From an uncultured Nitrososphaerota archaeon (GTDB lineage Archaea > Thermoproteota > Nitrososphaeria > Nitrososphaerales > Gagatemarchaeaceae), in NCBI GenBank assembly GCA_963718895.1, contig CAVRAG010000004.1, positions 325,456-389,455 on the forward strand: a stretch of DNA of 64,000 nucleotides, written 5' to 3'. This document shows, piece after piece, positions 60,539 to 64,000 of the stretch; the first letter of the stretch is position 1; the number at the start of each line of letters is the position of its first letter. The notes beneath the pieces are model-generated. The model worked only from the letters and a program-made list of their open reading frames with translations. It was not told where the DNA came from and ran no database searches. The position numbers and the translations under genes are program-made.

Positions 60539-61252
60539 TTGAGCTCTCAACCGGCTCGGGGCTATCTCGTCATCGCCGCGGCGATAGTCATAGCAGGCGT
60601 GCTGATATCTGCGAGCCTCCTTGTCGTCTTCACGAGGCCACCCCAGACGACCACCACGACTGAGACGACGACATCCACCATCACCTCGACCATGATTCTG
60701 CCCTGCGACCTGCCGGTGTGGAACAGCAGCCAGACCCCGTCGAACGAGATACCCGTGCTGCTCATGCAGCCGGGCTCGACTGCGTACGTCTGCGTGACCT
60801 ATCAGTCGGCCTGGCAGGGCAACCAGACCCTGTATAACAACGAGACTCTGAACTCATCCCTTTTCACGAACGGCACGTATCAATTCGGCCTCTACATCAT
60901 CAAGGCGCACTGCGTCGTGAACGCGACCGAGTTCGGATGTGACTCGTCCGTCTCGCACTCCTTCACGATCAGCGCCACCCCTGGTTCGATTCGACCCCTG
61001 GCCACCACGAGTTACGTCACGGTGGTGTACGTAGTCGATGCTTTGAGCAACTCGACGGGATTCTATGACGGTTCAGCGCCGTTCGAGTACTGCTACGCTC
61101 TGCCTATGGCGGTGGGCTACCCGGCCTCCCAGGTCAACGCATCCGACTTTGCTCCGAGGATGATTCACAGCTGCGCGTTCTCGCCGTTCACGCCTTCGGC
61201 GGTCAGCGTCGGAGGGATGAGCGTGACGCACCTCACGTTCCCCACCTTGTAG
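60539..61252 (+). CDS. Membrane-anchored Thr-rich protein (leader family)
   Basis: MSSQPARGYLVIAAAIVIAGVLISAS, Cys-containing C-domain. Confidence 0.75.
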   Translation: MSSQPARGYLVIAAAIVIAGVLISASLLVVFTRPPQTTTTTETTTSTITSTMILPCDLPVWNSSQTPSNEIPVLLMQPGSTAYVCVTYQSAWQGNQTLYNNETLNSSLFTNGTYQFGLYIIKAHCVVNATEFGCDSSVSHSFTISATPGSIRPLATTSYVTVVYVVDALSNSTGFYDGSAPFEYCYALPMAVGYPASQVNASDFAPRMIHSCAFSPFTPSAVSVGGMSVTHLTFPTL

Positions 61253-61385
61253 TCTGAAGGCGCGATGAACTCCGGCGGATGGCAGGCGGTTCTCCAGCAC
61301 CTCAGACAGACAAGCCGCTATTGATCCTGCTGTTCAGAAGGAGCGTCGGCGCGGCGCCCTAGGATTCCGTGGTCTGCGCGCCTCG

Positions 61386-61616
61386 GCAATCTTTTCTGGT
61401 ACCGGGCAAGGGTGACCCTCAGGACCTCCTCGACGTCCACGTTCATCTCGTTAGCCATGCACAGCAGAGAGAAGAGCGAGTCGCCGAGCTCCGCCACCGT
61501 CCTCTCGCTCGGCCTCGCGGCCCCGCGCTTCCCGTAGCCCGAGTCCCTGAGTATCTCCTGGGCGAGCTCGCCGGTCTCGGCGCAGAGGTCGAGGGCCGGT
61601 ACGGCAGGGAGAGCCT
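61386..61616 (-). pseudogene. MazG-like copy lacking its N-terminus
   Basis: LCAETGELAQEILRDSGYGKRGAARPSERTVAELGD, nearly identical to the 50645 gene. Confidence 0.8.
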
Positions 61617-61800
61617 GGTGACGCAGGAGGGGCGCATTCCTATCTACAACTTCCTCAGCGACGAGGAGAGGAGACTGTTCACCACGAAACCCGAAGGAAG
61701 TCACCGCCTGAAGATTCGCAATCACATTCGCAGCAGCCCGGGGTTGCATCAAGGCACGATTAGGATGGCGTCAGTGGCGCAGAGCGCCATATTCTCGGTT

Positions 61801-62085
61801 TCAGGTGCTCGAACTCCGCGCTGGCTTCCCGTCCACGAGCACCTTCAAATCCCTCCTCTTGAAAATTGCGACCAGGGGCAAAGCCATTCCTAGTCTGACT
61901 TCGACCTTGTGCACCTCAGAGGTTCCTACGTCGAAAGACCATGTCTTCGCACCGAGCGAGTAGTAGTATTCATCGGCCAGCTTCTCTCCGTCCAGCTCGA
62001 TGCGGATATGCTTCGTTGCCCAGTCATGATCTACTGTAAGAGTGTGCTTCTCCTTCTCTCCTACTTCGAAACTGGATTTGGTCAT
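61801..62085 (-). CDS. Small beta-rich hypothetical protein
   Basis: MTKSSFEVGEKEKHTLTVDHDW; paralog at 56.3-56.6 kb. Confidence 0.7.
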   Translation of the reverse strand: MTKSSFEVGEKEKHTLTVDHDWATKHIRIELDGEKLADEYYYSLGAKTWSFDVGTSEVHKVEVRLGMALPLVAIFKRRDLKVLVDGKPARSSST

Positions 62086-62208
62086 GGGTCTTGCGAATGG
62101 CGACAGAACATAAAAGAGATTCCGGAGTACAAATTTCGTACCTCCTCTCCGCGCCGCACGTGAAGACCTGGGACTAGGCAGGCGAATACGGGTATGAAGT
62201 CGAGGCGC

Positions 62209-62955
62209 CTACTTCCATCTCGTGAGAATCTCCTCTCTGCTGAATGTGGTCCTGACCAGGAAGAGGAGTACGGCTACGGCTGCCAGGAGGATGCCCGAGA
62301 TCGCGAGGAGGTCGTTGGTGTCTCCAAGGTTCACGAAGTTCCGCTGGCCGGCGAGATAGATTCCGGCGTAGGGAAGTGCCATCAGGTAACCGAGTTGCTG
62401 CGCAGCTCGCACGTCGCTCACTCTTGACGATATCATTACGTTCACCTCGACGCTCAGCATCACCGCCAGAGGAACCAGCACGAGCAGGAAGACCGCCGTG
62501 TTCCAGGTTGGAAAGTAGTAGTACCCCAGCTCGTCGTGCGTCACAGCGTCCATCAGTATCATGAGAAGGGCCGCGCCGCCCCAGACGCTCCCGATGGGCG
62601 GCAGGAACGCTGCAATCCCCTTCCCGAGCAAGATCTCTCCATCCGTCGTTGGGGTGGCCAAGAGCGGCTCCAAGCTCTTCTCTACCTTTTCGCCCACTAT
62701 GGTGTAGGACGCGATGGCGTTCGGAACCACTCCGGCGAGGATGAGGTAGAACGAAAGGAAGGCGGGCAGGAGGATTAAGAGCTCGGCCGGGGCCAAGCGA
62801 GGCCCGCCCTTCCCATACTCCGCATAGTAGACGACGAGCGGAAGAAGCGAGCCGACTATGAGAGGGACGGCCACGAGCGAGTAGATTACGTACTTCTTCT
62901 TCGAGAAGATCTTGAAGTCCTTGGTTGCGATGATCCACGACTTGGAAAGTCTCAT
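62209..62955 (-). CDS. ABC-2 type permease subunit (no ATPase partner adjacent)
   Basis: IVGEKVEKSLEPLLATP, ILLGK, ISSRVSDVRAAQQ, FSREEILTRWK. Confidence 0.88.
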   Translation of the reverse strand: MRLSKSWIIATKDFKIFSKKKYVIYSLVAVPLIVGSLLPLVVYYAEYGKGGPRLAPAELLILLPAFLSFYLILAGVVPNAIASYTIVGEKVEKSLEPLLATPTTDGEILLGKGIAAFLPPIGSVWGGAALLMILMDAVTHDELGYYYFPTWNTAVFLLVLVPLAVMLSVEVNVMISSRVSDVRAAQQLGYLMALPYAGIYLAGQRNFVNLGDTNDLLAISGILLAAVAVLLFLVRTTFSREEILTRWK

Positions 62956-63666
62956 TTCTCGTCCTCTCTTACCAGTTTCAGATAGGTGTCCTCCAAGGTC
63001 GAACCCGACTACAGACAATCCAACGTCTCGGGGGCACGTGGAATGGGCAACGTCCAAGGAGTCCGAGAAGGATTGAGTCCTTGAACTTGTACGTTAACAA
63101 GCCCACTTCAGTGTTTGACTCCCTGCTAAAGTCGATGGAACCCGCGGGCCGCGCCTACAACGACTATCACAATCACAGTTAGGACGACAATCAAAACGAT
63201 TCTTTGAGTAGTCGACAATTCATGCGACCAGTCTTACTGGATTTCCATCCTCAGATAAATACAGTTCGATTCGTACAAGACTTGTACCTGTCCCATCATC
63301 CTCTGTTTCTTGTTTGGGGCAGAGTTCGACCTTCAATCTTCCCCAAAACATAGACTCCGGCCACGAGGAAACCGAAGAATGTCATGAGGAAGTATTCCTC
63401 ATTCGGCGGCGGAGGTATGCGAGCGACATTGTCGTGGGTCCGGAAGACGCTGCTCACCTCCAGGAGTTGGTGATTCCGAACTGGTACGTCCCGTTCACAC
63501 TCATCGGAAACGGCCATGACGCGGAGAGGTACGTGGAGCTGCTCGAGGACGCGTGCAGGACGGTGCTCGAGCCCTTCGCTACCTGAAAACAACATAGTCC
63601 TGCAGTTCGGACAAAGGCGTATAACAGCAGGTTTGCCTATGGATTAGTTGCTGATGGTGTGGAACC

Positions 63667-63900
63667 TTGAAGCGTAGAACCTTGGTGGTGAGCTTCTTTG
63701 TCATCGCCGTGATAGCCTTCGCGGCCACCTTCGTCTTCCTGCCGACGGAACAGGTGTATGGAACCTGTTTTGGCGGTGGCGCTTGTGTTCATCAGGCCTC
63801 TTTGTCTTGTAGCGTATTCGGGTTCGGAGGCATCGAGAACTACTTTGGTTACTATTCCTTCACCTATCATTGCTCGGGATTCCTCAAACCGATGTTTTGA
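63667..63900 (+). CDS. Small exported Cys-containing protein (MKRR leader)
   Basis: MKRRTLVVSFFVIAV; preceded by TTCGGACAAAGGCGTATAAC. Confidence 0.6.
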   Translation: MKRRTLVVSFFVIAVIAFAATFVFLPTEQVYGTCFGGGACVHQASLSCSVFGFGGIENYFGYYSFTYHCSGFLKPMF

Positions 63901-64000
63901 GATAAATCTCTGCAGCGTTTCGTCAGCAAGCCGTATCTAGCTAGCCAATCTCTTCAAGCGGATGTGCCATGAAGCGGCGAACGAAGCTCGCAGCATCGAT

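Noticed and set aside
15900-64000. Provirus, IS element or diversity-generating retroelement
   Set aside because: No capsid, terminase, transposase, integrase or reverse transcriptase seen; differences between repeat copies are not adenine-specific.

Overview
Archaeal chromosomal segment, GC-rich and most consistent with a Nitrososphaerota/Thaumarchaeota-like TACK archaeon (PolD large subunit, CofE, Sec61-beta, DUF2070, archaeal TopA). Bases 1-15.8 kb are an intact, tightly packed housekeeping block (gcvT 5' end, cofE, topA, XPD/Rad3 helicase, HD hydrolase, tmk, DUF2070, Sec61-beta, glyA, polC). From about 15.9 kb to the end lies a ~48 kb mosaic accessory region of short single genes and mini-operons in mixed orientation. 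It holds Ser/Thr-rich membrane-anchored surface proteins, four vapBC pairs, small regulators, detox-type enzymes, pseudogenes and many short duplicated gene scraps. No integrase, transposase, CRISPR array or intact RNA gene was seen. Two recurring non-coding signals punctuate the region. (i) A 20-bp motif TTCGGACATAACTATTAATC (4 exact, 3 near-exact, about 6 degenerate copies) resembles one arm plus spacer of a Xer/dif site. It sits just upstream of a family of variable surface proteins and forms a 28-bp inverted pair around a double-vapBC module. (ii) Imperfect 50-90-bp hairpins bounded by AAC...GTT (or ...ATT) resemble integron attC sites. Together these suggest a recombinase-driven gene-cassette array. 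The mechanism is inference: the motif could instead be a dedicated promoter/operator. All protein assignments are by eye from motifs; no database search was run.
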